Positions 25,601 to 38,500 of a stretch of 64,000 nucleotides of DNA are shown piece after piece (within the stretch, counting starts at the first letter, position 1; each line of letters begins with the position of its first letter). The translations under genes and the position numbers were made by a program. The DNA is from Raillietiella orientalis (lineage: Eukaryota). The DNA is taken from assembly GCA_036172245.1 (NCBI GenBank), contig JAYWIR010000006.1, forward strand, positions 4,340,001 through 4,404,000. The letters run 5' to 3'. A model generated the notes under the pieces. It was not told where the DNA came from. It worked only from the letters and a program-made list of their open reading frames with translations, and ran no database searches.

Positions 25601-28600
25601 CCTCCAAGAGACACGGGAGCCCCACGACACCAAGAGCGGTTCCCCCCGTATGGGAAGGGAGGGAGGGGGAAGGGGCAGTGGGCCATGCCTGCCTGCGGCC
25701 CGGCGGAAGGGGGGAGTTCGCCATTCCGAACGAAGGAGGCGGCGCGGACCGTGAGCTGCTGCTGCTCGGTCTGTGTGCCGGGCTAAGCCGCACCCCCTCT
25801 CCCGGTTTCCCTGGCAACCTCACGAGGCGGGGTTTTCCAGGGTAAACGTGGCCGTCCGTCGCAGCCCCCTTCCATGCAGCGCGCGCGCGTGGCGAGGGCT
25901 GGCGGAAAAAAAAAACTTCGGGCTTTTCCGGTTTATTTCCAGCCGTTTTTTTTTTCATTCTTTCTTTTACTCCAATTTTCCTCTTGCAGCTTCTGTTCCT
26001 CGCCTAGGAGGGATTGGGGAGGGGGGAGGGGGACGGTTGCGCGTCTCCTCGGGCGAAATTAAGCAAGGGGACCCGAGAGGCGACGAAACCCAAGTCGGCG
26101 AGGAGGCGGCTGTTCCCGTTTCCCGGGTCACTCGATACCGGGGTGCGGCGACGCTCCCAGCGCGCCTCGGTGCCGCCGCCAATTACGACTCCCCCTTCCC
26201 GGCCGGCATTGTTACGTCACGTGACCGCGCCGTTCGCGGGCTTTACGAGAGGACCGCCAGTAACGCGCCCTCGCGCCGCCGAGCAGCGTTGCGGTGCAGC
26301 GACCCTGCTGGCTGCCCGTCGCTGGAAAATCCCGGAAGGAAGGGGAGGGGATGCGACGCGCCCGCGCTCTCGGATGCCGGGGAGGAGCACTTCCTGCAGC
26401 CCCGCGACGGGAGAGAGGGGAGGCGCGTTTCCGCGGCGACGCGGTCCCTGCATCGGAAGCAGCAGAGGCGGACCGTGCGTCGTTGCCGCCGCCACGTTTC
26501 GCCCGCCCGGGTCCCTCCCCCCCTCCCTGACCTAAGGGATAGGGACGGGGAGGCAGGCGAGCGTGAGGGAAGAGGGTGCCTCGCTCCCCGGATGGTCGCC
26601 CTCACCCGCGGGGAAATTCTTGCCTTTGCCTGGCGACCGCATGCGGGACCGCCCGGGTCATCTCCCCCCCCCCCCCCCACCTCCTTCCTCGCTCCCGGAA
26701 GGATGCTCAGGCGTGGCTCTCGCCCGTCCCATGCCCGACGAACTTCGAGGCCTTCGGCGACGCACCCGGCTCGCGAGCGCAGCAGCAGCGCCGACACTTT
26801 CCCTGGCGGGGCGAAGTGCAGTTGGCGGCAGCGTACGACCAGCGGGCGTCGGCGTCCAGACCTGGTTAGTTGGGGAGACGGGCACCCAGGTCGCTACAGC
26901 GTTGTCAGGGTCGTTGTCTCTCCAGGCTGACGAGGGCCTTCCTCCGTCATCTCCTACCCCCGTGGCGAGGTCGCGAGGGGCTGTCCTGCGAGACCCCTCA
27001 AGGACGGCGGCTGGCTACGAGGATGGTCTACGCAGGGATTTCATTTTCAGACTACTACGATGGGGACCGCGGTCGAGAGTGGGTGGAAGGATGGAGCCGC
27101 TACGAGGAGGAGGGAGAGCTGCCGCCGCTGCCATTTGCTCCTAGAGGGCGGCGGTCGCCGTGCGCGCCACTCTGGACGCGCCGCCTTTGAGGTCGGGCCG
27201 AGGGGGGAGATGGCCGATGCCTGCTTTCCCACACGAGGCCGGCAAAATGGGAGGCTGGGAGGGGGGGGGGGAGAGACAACCCGCTCGATCCTCCGCTCCT
27301 GGAACCTCGTTCCCTCCCTCGTAAACACTCCCCGTCTCTGCGCCCGCACTCTGCGCAGGAGAGCGAACGACTGGCGCATCTCCTGGTGCATCGCGCCATC
27401 TGTCCGCAGGAAAGGCTAAATTCGCCTGCAGGACGCCGTCCCCGTCTTTCGCCCCACGGGGAGGACCCTCGCACGTCCTTCGGATTGCTCGCAGCGACCT
27501 CTTCCTTTGTTTGTGCCACTCCTTTCGGGCCGTTTTCCACGCTTCCCCTCGCGATGCGACGCACGCCATCTCGCGACGCGGCAGGGCGGCCTGCTGGTGC
27601 CGTCGACAGTTCCGTTGCCAGGAGACACGACCGATTGTTGCCGAGGCAGTCGGGGCTCAGCGGGCGAAGTGCGCCGTGTGAGCGCACACTCGTCGTGACG
27701 GGGCGAAAAAGAGATTTGGCGGCCGCTGCAGCTGTGGATCGCGTGCAAAAGTCAGGTCGTTATTGTGGAGAGGGTTAGGAGGTACTCATCTACAGGCGAC
27801 GGGCGGCACGATGATGAGGAAGGGGAGGAGGCAGCTTCAATGTCCGGGTGGATGGTGACGCGTGGAAGTTTCATTCGTGGCTGCTGCTGGGTCACAGTCG
27901 ATGCACTGAACACGGGGGTGGAATGGCAGCGGAGCAGGGGTAATGAATTATTTCATAAAGGGTGAGGTGGAAATGTGATCAGAGTTCCGTGGACCGTGGC
28001 TCACGACATGCGTCGTGGTCACGACGCACCTCGTGAGCCTACCCACTTGCTCTCAACGAAATGCTTCTCACAAGGCGTTGATGCGACGATGCCCTTGGCC
28101 TTCTCCGAGACAACGAACCTTGTGGATAAGTGGTACGTGGTTCGATATGGGGGGACCGTAATCGTGGGATGATCGCCGATTTCCCCAGGACCGCTTTGAT
28201 CCAGCCGAGATGGGTCTTCGCCTCGTCAGACGAATGCGCTTTCCTTGGCCACTTTTTGGGTGTGATGAAATCGTGTGTACACGTGGGGTGTACTGACCTT
28301 AGTCCTTGTCGCAGGCCCGAGGAGCGTTCGGATGTCTCCACGGACAGGATCTCGCCGGGCTTCGGTGTTGGGAAGTTTCCGACTTCGCCTCGAGCCGGGG
28401 CGGCCCTTTGCGAAGGAATCCCTGCCGCGTGGAAGAAGCAGCAGCAGCAGAGGAAGGGAGGAATTCCAGGTGACGCGAGCTCGCCTGGAGAACGGCGCGA
28501 GCGTTTTGACCCGGTGGCGCCGGGACGTCGATTTGAAAACAAGCAAACCCACAAGTCGCTAGAAACCGCGTTCCTGGTAAACAGCAGCGGGGTGGGTGGG

Positions 28601-31600
28601 GGGAAAAGGGTCACAGGGAATGATCACCGGCACCTGGCAGACCGGCTTTCGAGGAAGGGAAGTCCACAGTGGGCGGGAGGGGGACTATAAATGACGGAAA
28701 AAGAAGGGAAGGTAGGGGAAGGGGGGGTCTTTGGGGTTTGAGGAATTCTCCTTCGTTCCTCAAACTGGTCCTGTGCGGTGGCTAATTCTTGCTCCGGGTT
28801 TTCCACCCCGTGCTGCCGGGGCATTCATTATGGAATAATGAAAAGAGTACACTCAAATGTCCAAGTATGGTGAAACACTTCGTTACACCACGTGCTTGCC
28901 ATGACCGGTACGTAGACCGACGAGGTCCGTTTCCACAGCAACGGGGAAGGGAAAAACCGGCAAAGAAAAGAAAAGAAACAAACAAAAAAGAAAGATGGGA
29001 GGACTTGTACTGAAGGGGGAGGGAGGAGGGAGGGGACTAGGAGACGTTTTTTTGCATCTCGTCCAGGAGAATGCTGGCAAGTTTCGTCCGTGTCTCGCAC
29101 CCAGGGGAGACCATCTCGAGGTGACCTTCAAGAAGATAGTGGATGGCGTTCCTGCCATTTCGGCCTCTTGCCGCGTTTCCGACTGCCGCGGTTTTGCGGA
29201 CGCAGCAGGGAACTGCGAGGGCTGGTGGGAGTGCGGCACCGCGCGTGAAGAGGCCTCTGGAAATAACCCCCTGCGGCAGCCAACCGGGATTCCTAGGGTA
29301 GTCGCTAGGCGACCTCATAGGGCGGCACAGTCCAGCAGGAGGTGAGGGGGTAGGCCTCCCACTCCTCCTGGCCGCGCCTGCCTCCGCCTGTGGTGTCCAT
29401 GCTTCCCACCCTCGCGTCCAGGAGCGAAGGCGCGCCTCGCTCCAGTGCACCACCAGTATGGTCTTCCTCCGGGCGAGGCCACTCGTCAAGCCGTCCAGGA
29501 GAATGACCTCCCTTCTCTGCTTCCTCCGGGACTCCGGCGGGCGGCGACGATGGCGCAGATACAACGCATCGCTGGGGCCGCCCGTGAGGCGGCGACGCCT
29601 CCGCAAGTCCGTCGCCGTGCCCTCCGGGCAGCGGCAGAGCACCGGGGACGGATCCTTCCGTGGTCTCCGAGATCGCCGCGTTCCATCAGGGAGAGTTGAA
29701 GGAACGAACCCGCCCCACAACACCCTGGAATCCCGGGAAAACGGACTCTTGCTCTGGGCGCGCTGGAAGACCCCTCGTGTAAACAGCGGCCAGCGTGGCA
29801 CCCCGTTTCCATGTCGACGGGAACAAGCGGAGTGTTCGCGTGCACGGGGGAGGAGGATCTGCGGAATCTTCGATAGGGACGCGCCAAGCGGGTGGTGCCA
29901 CCGGAAAACTCCCCCATCCTGGGAGCGAGGGGCGGTGGCCAGCCCTCTCGCCCATCGAGTAGTTTGCCGACTCCTGAAACGGTGCTGGAGAACTTCGGTC
30001 CCGCCGGTCGGCCGCTGCCCCGTTTGCCCTCAGAGAAAAAGGTGACGCCTTCCATTACCCAAAACCACCTGGTCGTCCCCCGCAGGTTTCCGCGGCGTGG
30101 GCAGAAAGTCCGCCGCGATGGGCGTCCTCGTTGGCCTGAACGCGGACGGAAGATACGGGGCGGCCGTCTGATGCAGATTCCTGCGGAGGAGACGGAGGCT
30201 GGAGCCGGAACACTCACCACGTTCACTGTCTGCACGCTGCAATCAGGAAGGTGGATTCTCTCCCTCCTCCTTCCCCTTGGCTTCCGGTTCCGTTCGAGGC
30301 ATCGCCTGCTGAGCTGAGAAACTCTCCTGCCGCCGCGGGAGCAGAAGGGGGGAGAGAGCCAGGGGAACGGGGTGCGACCTCGCTGACCCGCGCCTCGGGG
30401 CGGGAAACCGGGGAAACGCGAGCCACCGTCTCAGCCCGACGGAGACTTCCGGCAGTTCCCCCTCCTCTCCCGGAAGGGAACAGGCGGCCCCGCCTTCCCC
30501 CTCGGGATCCCGTTGCCGCGCGACCCGAGGCACCTCTCGGGCCGCCGCCGCGGGTTCCCCCCAGCCAGCATCTCGTGTTCGCTCCCGGCGAACGTCGGCG
30601 TATCCCGTTTCCCGGGACGACGAGCGGATCGCGCGATTTCTTCCCTTCTTCCGCAGGTGGCGCCCGGGACAGAGAGCGGACGTTGCTCCGGAGGGTGAGG
30701 CAAAGGAGCACTTGCGGACGCGCTCCGAAAGTGGCGCCGCCCCGTCGGCAGAAAAGTCAGGCAGGCAGGGAAGACCCTCGAAGCCGCCGACGCTGCGAGA
30801 TGGAGCCACCGCCTCCGTCTGTTCCCCTGGCAACTTCCTCGCGATCCTCGCACGAGAACGTGGCAGGATGCCCAGGCTTTTCGACGACGCGACCTGACCA
30901 GGGAAGAAAACTTGACTGACTGTCCCTCTACCCCCCGGACGATCGAAGCGCCTTCCCCCTATCGCTTGTGAGAACGGAATAAAAACCGACGGGCGCCGCC
31001 GCCGTTGTCCCGAGCGACAGCGAGAAGGTACTGCTCGCATAAGATGCGCGGCTGGGGTCGGCGGGGGTCCATGAAGCTCTCTGCATTGGTTCCCTCCTGC
31101 GCCCTCCAGGGATTGTCAGGGTCGTTCTCGTCGCCCGGCGGGAATCACCGGCCCACCAGAGGTCCTAGAAGATGGGGCGGCCCTTCGGGAGGGACCTGAG
31201 GGACGCGCATACCTCGGCACGCTCCTGCCCGTGTTTCGTCCCCCGTGGGGTCCTCCACGAAGGTGAGCACGCGACGCATGTGCGTTCCTAGGCGACCGGC
31301 CCTGTGCTCGTGGGAGCGCTCCGGCGGCAGTCCTTTCCTGCCCTTCGACATTGCTTGCCCTTTTGCGCCGCGCTTGCGAGCCGCGGAGACGAGGGAAAGC
31401 TCCTGTGTGCTCCACAATGACCTCTCGGTCCGTGGACCCTGCACCTGGTGCAGGAGCTTCCCGGGAACGTCCGCTTTCCACGCCCGGAGTCCAGGAAAGA
31501 AGAGGGGAACCGGCAGTTCGCCGGCCCTTTCTCTTCCTCCCCCTTTCGGGTCTCGTCGGTCCTCCTCCCCCGCGGCGACGGCCGCCGCCCGTCTCTGCGA

Positions 31601-34600
31601 GGCCCGGCTAAAGAGTCGCTATCTTCTTGTCGTGGTGCGGGCGGATGCTTCTGGGGCGTTTTTGGCAGGTGCCGTGGCGCGTGGAAGCCGGGAGGCGGCG
31701 TCCTGGAATCGCGCGACCCGCCTCTGCGAATGGCGTGCGACCCGCTTGTCCCCGGCACACGCCTCCCGAGCCTATAGGCGGCGGTCAGAAGGTCATCCGT
31801 CCGGAGGAAGTGTGGCCTCCACCGCAAGGCTCCTGAGAGCAGCCGGCCAAACGTCTCTGCTCGAGCCCCCGACGGGTGCCAACGGCAGGCAACCCCGTCG
31901 CGAAGGCAAAGGAGGGTCCTCGCCGATGACCCGAGGGAGTGTCACCCCCCGAGAGACACGGTTGCCGGTCGCCTTCATGGGTCCTCGCCGCAGCTGTTGG
32001 CGGCGACGGCTGCGAGTGGGCCCCCTCATGGGTCTCGGAACGACGCCTCCTTTCGTAAGCAGGCCTTCTTGAGACCATCCCGCCGACCGTGTGTCCCTTC
32101 GGCTGCAGCCAGACGCACGCGTCCGCTGGGTGCAGGGAGCGGTCTGTGCTCCCTGTCGGCTTACGCATGGACGGCGTCCGAGCTACTTTTGACATAGTGC
32201 CCTCTTCCAGGGGCAGAGGGCAGGCGGAAAACGAAGAAGGGGACCTCGGTGGCTCGGCTCTGGCGGGCGTTGCTGGGAAGAGCAGCCCGCCCCTCAATGG
32301 GTCCCTGCAGTAGGAAGATGGGCACGCCGCTGCTATGGACGTTCCCGTGCGTGGATCTCTCCCTTCCCAAGGTCTGGAGCACGGCAGAAGTTCACTTAAG
32401 GCGGGCGAGGGAGGGAGGACGTCCCAGACGGGCCTTCCGAATGGACCACAGACGATGTGGTCGCGGAGCGCAGAGCGACCCTCGATTCCCCGTGCCAGCG
32501 CGAACCGCCGCCGCACGGCGACGCGCAGCCAGGCGAGCAAGGCGCGCGGTGAACAGCTTCACCTTGAGGACGGCGGCTGAGGACGACCGGAAGCAGAGCT
32601 CGCGTACCAGGGTACCAGCGAAGCTCCGGTTGCTTAGCGACAAATGGAAGCGGCGGCCGGGAGGCGATGGAGGGGGGGGGGGGGGGGGCAGAACAGACGA
32701 AGGCGAAGTTGGAAGAGCAGCCAGAGTGGATCCGAGCGTCGGTATGGCCAGAAGTGGACTCGAAAGAGTGGGCGTCTCCCGAAGTTCCCGGTGTGAGCAG
32801 TGCTTTTGCAGTGTTTGTGAGTCTGAAAGGAGGGGGAGGGATGCGCGCGCCTTCTCGATGCTCGCTTCCCTTCTCATGGGGCGTCACAGCACCCCGTTCC
32901 GTCGCCCGGACCCGCCCCCGCGGCAACGCCTCCCGAAGGCCGCTTTGCCTCCTCCTCTCGCGGAGGTCCTCCTGCTCCTTCGCACGAAGGCCCCAGTTCG
33001 ATGGACTCTGGCCCGGTTCCTCCTCTCGCCGGGGGCAGTTCGCGTCTCGCGGGGGAGGAGCGCTAGGAACCGGCAGAGAGGGTGGAGATGACCCTTTCCT
33101 CCTTCTTCTTCTCCGTGAGCGAGCGAGGAGCTGGGGAGGAGTCGGAGGACGGCAACCACGGAGTTCCCTCCTCTCAGCAGCAGGAGGATCTGCAAGCTGG
33201 GCACCGTCGCCGTCCGCGTCCACATGCGCGTGCAGGCCGACCGAAGGGCAACCTCCCAAGGACGGGGTCCACGCCGGTGATTCCTCGGCGCTGGCACCCT
33301 GGCAGTTAGCACGCGCACTGGCGACAGCGTTGTTGAGGGCTGCATGCGGCACCAGCGGGACGGACGAGTTACGGGACGACGAAACCCTCGCGAGCGTTTC
33401 CACAGGTGCGGAGGCCGAACCATGCCCACCCCCTCATCTTCCCTGACCATCTCTGAAGGCGCTCCCCGGACGACCCTGCACTGGGAAGGACCTAAGACGG
33501 TCGCAGGGAAACTCTTGGAGAAGGCCAAAAGTGCCCCTGTTTTCTCGTAGGTCCAAGGGAGGTGGACAGGGAGGAAGTGTTCTCCGTCTCTTCCCTTCAA
33601 AAAGGGGGAGATCACACTGATGAAGAGGCCACTCCCTGGTTCTGAGCCTTCGAAGGCGGGCGCATTGGGGTCGCCTGCCTCCCTCCGTTTGCCTCATCTT
33701 CGCGAGGGAAACAAACCCTATCAGGAGATGGAGCTCAGAGACGTCCTTTGTTAGCCACCCTCCTACCAAGATCCTGACCCTCCCTGTGGCAGTCCTTTCC
33801 TTGACCCTCGAGAGGTCACGTGGTCTCCGTTTCGTCTTAACTCGGGCGAAAGACGAGTTCGCGCCACGCGCAGGAAGAAACGGAAGTTTCTTTCCGCCTC
33901 CGCGAAAGGCGCTATCAGCGCTTCCTTGGCGATCCTTCACCTCGCCTTCAGTTCTGGCAAAGAGCCATGCACTTCCTTTCTGGAGGCATCAGGGGAGGAG
34001 GGCGGAAGAGGAGGAGGAAAAGCAGGGAGAAAGGACGGCTTGGGATCGTCATGGAAGCAGAAGAAGGCAATCGAAAGAGCATTTTCCTGTGGTCTGATCT
34101 TTTCACCCTCTCACGGATGCTCTTCCTACTCAGGAACGCCTGCCTCTCCTTCCTTATCCTGATCCCCGGAACGAACACGCCTTCTGACCGTCAGGAGTCT
34201 CGGCAGCGATGGAGAGAGCTTTCTGTCCCCCTCTTTTGGCGTCCCCTCGGAGCCACTCGAAACTCAGCACCCGACACTACGGCGGAGGCCGAAAGCGATG
34301 GCAAGGAAGGTGGTAGCCATTGTCCAATCGTTCCCTTCCTCGCTCAGAAGACGCGTCGCTCCGCCTTCCGGGATGGGGCAGCGTCCGAGCAGGATTATTC
34401 GCGCTCCCCTTCCTCCTCCTCCCCCTTTCTCACTCCCTCCACGCACGTCTGCGCACTCGAAGCTCGCAGCGTACGGCCTTCGTCCAGCGCGGTTGCGGTA
34501 GATGTGGAGCTACCAACGCGGCCTTAGAAGAGAGGTGAAGAAAGATCCACGAAAAAAGCTTCAGCAGCGGCAGTCGTGGTAGCAGGCGGGGGACTGACAC

Positions 34601-35546
34601 GTAAGAGCTGTGTTCCCGCATATCCCAAGGAAGAGGTCCCAAGCAGGAGGAGAGCTCCTCTGACTGCTGCAGGAACAGGCGTTGGGAGCAAGGCACTGGA
34701 TTCGAGACGTGCTTCCGGGAAGAAAGGGAAAAAGAATCGCTCTCTATTCTTTTCTGGAAAAGAGGGAGACGTACCTTCCTCCTCATTGACACCAGTAGAG
34801 AGAGAGTTCGTGAGAGCTGCTATAGCGACTGCAGAGTTCCCTTCCGCTATCCGGACTTCCTTTTTGGATTTCCCGTGGAGGAGGAGAGGCTGGTGGCGGC
34901 GGATTCTTCCAAAAACTCGTTTTTCCCCTCCCCTCCTGCCGATTCCGGTGCGACGGCACCGCCTACCCGATAGGAAGTCCCCGTGCGCGCTCACAGCGCG
35001 CCGGGCTTTCGAGACGCGGCTACCGCCCTCTCGCGCCCATCTCCTGAGCTACTTCGTCCTCCAAGGAAAATTTCCTCCTTCCTCCCCGGTCTCTTCCTCG
35101 GTGGGCAAAGAGGAAGAGGTGGGAACAAAGGCTTGTCCTAGGGAGCACTCCAGCGCACGTGACTGCCTGTCTCCTGCCGTCTCCCTCTCTCGCATCCCTG
35201 ACTCGGCTGCAATGCTAACTCCGCGTCTCCCGATAAAGGCTACCTGGGACGTGCAGAGAGGATGATCACCTCCTCATCCTCCTTACTCCCCTTCCCTATG
35301 CTCCTTCTTCTGGAGAGACGGCGGCTACGAGAAGCGGCCGCTGTGCGCGAGGATCCCGATAAAAAGAGGGAGGGGAAAAACTCAGCCGTTCCAGAAAAAG
35401 CGAGCGAGCGTGTCGTCGCTTGGGTGTGGGCGGGGCAGCGCCGCCCTTCCCAGCATTCCGGAACGACGACGACGCGGATCCCTTTCGGGCTCAGTTTCTT
35501 CCGGGAGGGACCGTCGATCGCTCGGTGCCGTGCTGCCGCCTCTACG

Positions 35547-38500
35547 ATGGATGCAACGGGATGCAGCTGCTGCTGCTACCTGTCGCCGTCGTCGTCGTCA
35601 GACCCCGCTGACCTCCCCACCGTGATGCCCTGCTCGAGATCACTGTTCCCGGAGACCACTGCCGCCAGCTGGACGCTCTTGCCCAACCCGGACCATCACC
35701 ACCACCACCACCACCACCATCACCACCACCACTCGCATCACTCGCACTGGCCGGGGTACGCTTACAACCCCTCTTCCTCCTCCTCCTCCGAGCTGGGACC
35801 CCCCCCGGACTGCGTTCCGGGCTTCTGTTCCCCCGGATCGCCCCCCGAGTCCTCGTCGGCCACACCGGACGCCATGTTCAGGCCCCGGGGAAAGCGCAGG
35901 AACACGGCCAACCGGAAGGAGAGGCGCCGTACCGAGAATCTCAACTCGGCTTACGCCCTCCTGCGCGAGCACATCCCTAACGTGCCCCCAGACACGAAGC
36001 TGTCCAAGATCAAGACGCTGCGGCTGGCCATCCACTACATTGGTCACTTGCTGACCGTCCTCCGGGAGAACGAGACCGTCCCGTTTCGCGCCGTGGACGT
36101 TCGGCACAACGGCACGGTTAGGAAGAAAGAGTTCATTAAGGTAAGGGGACTCGGGGCGTTCCTCCCGGCACCCCTCTGCTGGGTGGCGGCGGAGCCACTC
36201 GTCCCTTTAGTCTCTGTCTTCCATTCCCTCACCTGGTTCCACCGACCTCCGAACCGTCACTATACCATCTCACCAACGCCCCCGTTCTCGATACCCTTTT
36301 CACGTCCCTTCGCTGCCCCAGAAGGCGATAGTGCCTCTCTGGAATCTTCGAACTGAGTTCTGGGACCTCGTTCCTCCCCCTTGCTGGTCATGTGGCCGGT
36401 CATTTTGGGTGCGAAGTGAAACGTCCCGTCGCCTACGCTGTTCGCTCAGGGCGCCCACTGTCCCCATCTGCACAGCTCCACCGTTTGCGCCATCCTTTCC
36501 CCCTCTCTCCCAAGACCGAAGAGGCCACACCCTTTCTCGGCTAAAGGAGCCGAGAGAGGGTGCTGCTCCAGTAGCTTCCGCTGGTCCTCTGAGCTGCTCC
36601 TCCCCTCATACAAGAGTTTCCTGGTAGAGTGAGCGTCTTCAGAGGGACAGCTAAAGACCGATCCTCTGCTCCCGGCTGGGTCCGAGTTGCCCCGGGAAAA
36701 CTCCGCCTGCTGCCTGCTCCGCGTGCGGGTTGACATGGAGCACGCGCGCGCGCTCGTGCCACTCCGTCCAATCCATCAAACCAATGGAGGGAGACGTCGA
36801 AAGGCTTCTCCTTCCAAGCAGCGCGGGCTCCTACCGAGCGGACAAACGAGCCAAGGATTGCAGCGGGAGGCGGGTCAGGTTCGTAGACCTGGTGGGTGGT
36901 CCCGTCCAGAGGAACAAGCCCAGGTGCAAAGGCGCGCGTGCAGTGTTGTCGCTCGGAGGAGGAGCACCGTCCTGCAGCGGTTCATGCAGCGTCCATGGAG
37001 GAACTTCACAACCGGTCCGGCCCAGCAGCCGTGTGGCGGCTTCAGATGGGGTGACTCGAGATCGAGGAGCAGCGGCGTGGCTTTGCAAAGGTCCTCCCAG
37101 TGAAACGTAGCGGAAACACCTCCCGAGGAAGGACCAGAGCCTCTGCCGAGAAATCCTCAAGAGTTCCACGGTCAACTCCAAAAATCCAATAGTCCCGATT
37201 ATCCTTGAAGTATGGATCATTGGAATCGAGCTTCAGATGAAAGATGAAAGAGAAATTAGAAAGTTGCAAGATGGGTTCGCCAGTCTGAAAAAAAGTGCGT
37301 CACCTGGTTGGTATTCCACTGAGAGCTAGAAAAGATCAGTGAATGAAGAGAAAACAAGAAAGACGGATGGAAGAGGAGGTTGCCATTCCTTCGTGGGATC
37401 GCCCTTGAAACCTAAAGGGTTACATGGGAAGTATGAAATAAAGGCAGACGGAAAAGAGCAGGGAGGGAAGAGTCAGACTGATTGAAAATCGCCAACGGAT
37501 GATATTCAGGAGAAGAGTTTTCAGCTTAACGATGGCGATTTGTTACGCAGACCAAAGAGCATCCGTAGAACCGCGGGGGATCTCTGTCGCGTTTACGCAG
37601 GCCAGCGCAGGATGCAAGGCACGCACTCGGGAACGGGAGTCTTCAGCGCTGGGGGGCAGTTTCTGATGGTTTCTTGAACTGGATTCTCCAGATAGCCAGT
37701 CTCATTTCACACGTATAAGAATGCTCTTACCATTCATCGATGCATCCATCGCAAGCAGCTATAGGAAGAACTTTGTGAAGAATGACTTCATGAATTAGAA
37801 AGTTACTCATGAGAATTTCGACTGCTTAAGAGCAGCAACGTTTCGTGCTCCATGAGTACACCTTGTATTTCTGATCATTTGCACACACGGTGCAGTTATA
37901 AACGGGAGTTACTTGCAAATCTGTCAGCAGTGAGCCTACTTACCAGCTGTGGGAAGTCTTTCTGTTGTTTTCGGGGAACACATCTCACAAACGAATGCGT
38001 ACGTGTACGGTACAGTCGTTTCGAACGGGCTCACACTGCACGTGGTGACCAACCTTAATGGATGCAACACGCCAAATCCAAGCGGTGTCAACAATGCCCA
38101 TGAAGACGGTTGTGACGTAACTCAAGCGGTTTCTATTTTTGCACCACGGTATCGATCTGTCCCGAGGACGCCGATATCACCCAGGTGACGAACTGGTGGC
38201 TACGAAACGGGGCAGCGAGAGGGGCTCGGCAGGCCATTTGCGTTCGTGGCTACCGAAGCGCTCTGCAGGCTGCCATATGCTTTTGGTTCGGTGGTGCCTG
38301 CAAACTGAAATGGTTTGCGTTTACGGAACTTTGCCATGTTCGTATTCCCAGTAGGCAAACTGTTGCAAGATGGGGGGGAGGGGGAGAAAAAAAAAAAGCA
38401 GAACGATAAGAAAAGTAGCAGGAAAGGAAGAGAAACGTTCCGTTGTCGTTTTGAGATCGCGCTTCCCCACCTCCCTGACGAAGCAGCAAGGAGTGTTTTC

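Noticed and set aside
22700..35200. Many long overlapping ORFs (e.g. 25773-26930, 32396-33403)
   Set aside because: They are R/P/G/A/S-rich, occur in all six frames and have no motifs, as expected from stop-codon scarcity in GC-rich non-coding DNA.
35693..35747. (CAC)n repeat as a non-coding microsatellite
   Set aside because: It encodes the Hand poly-His tract.
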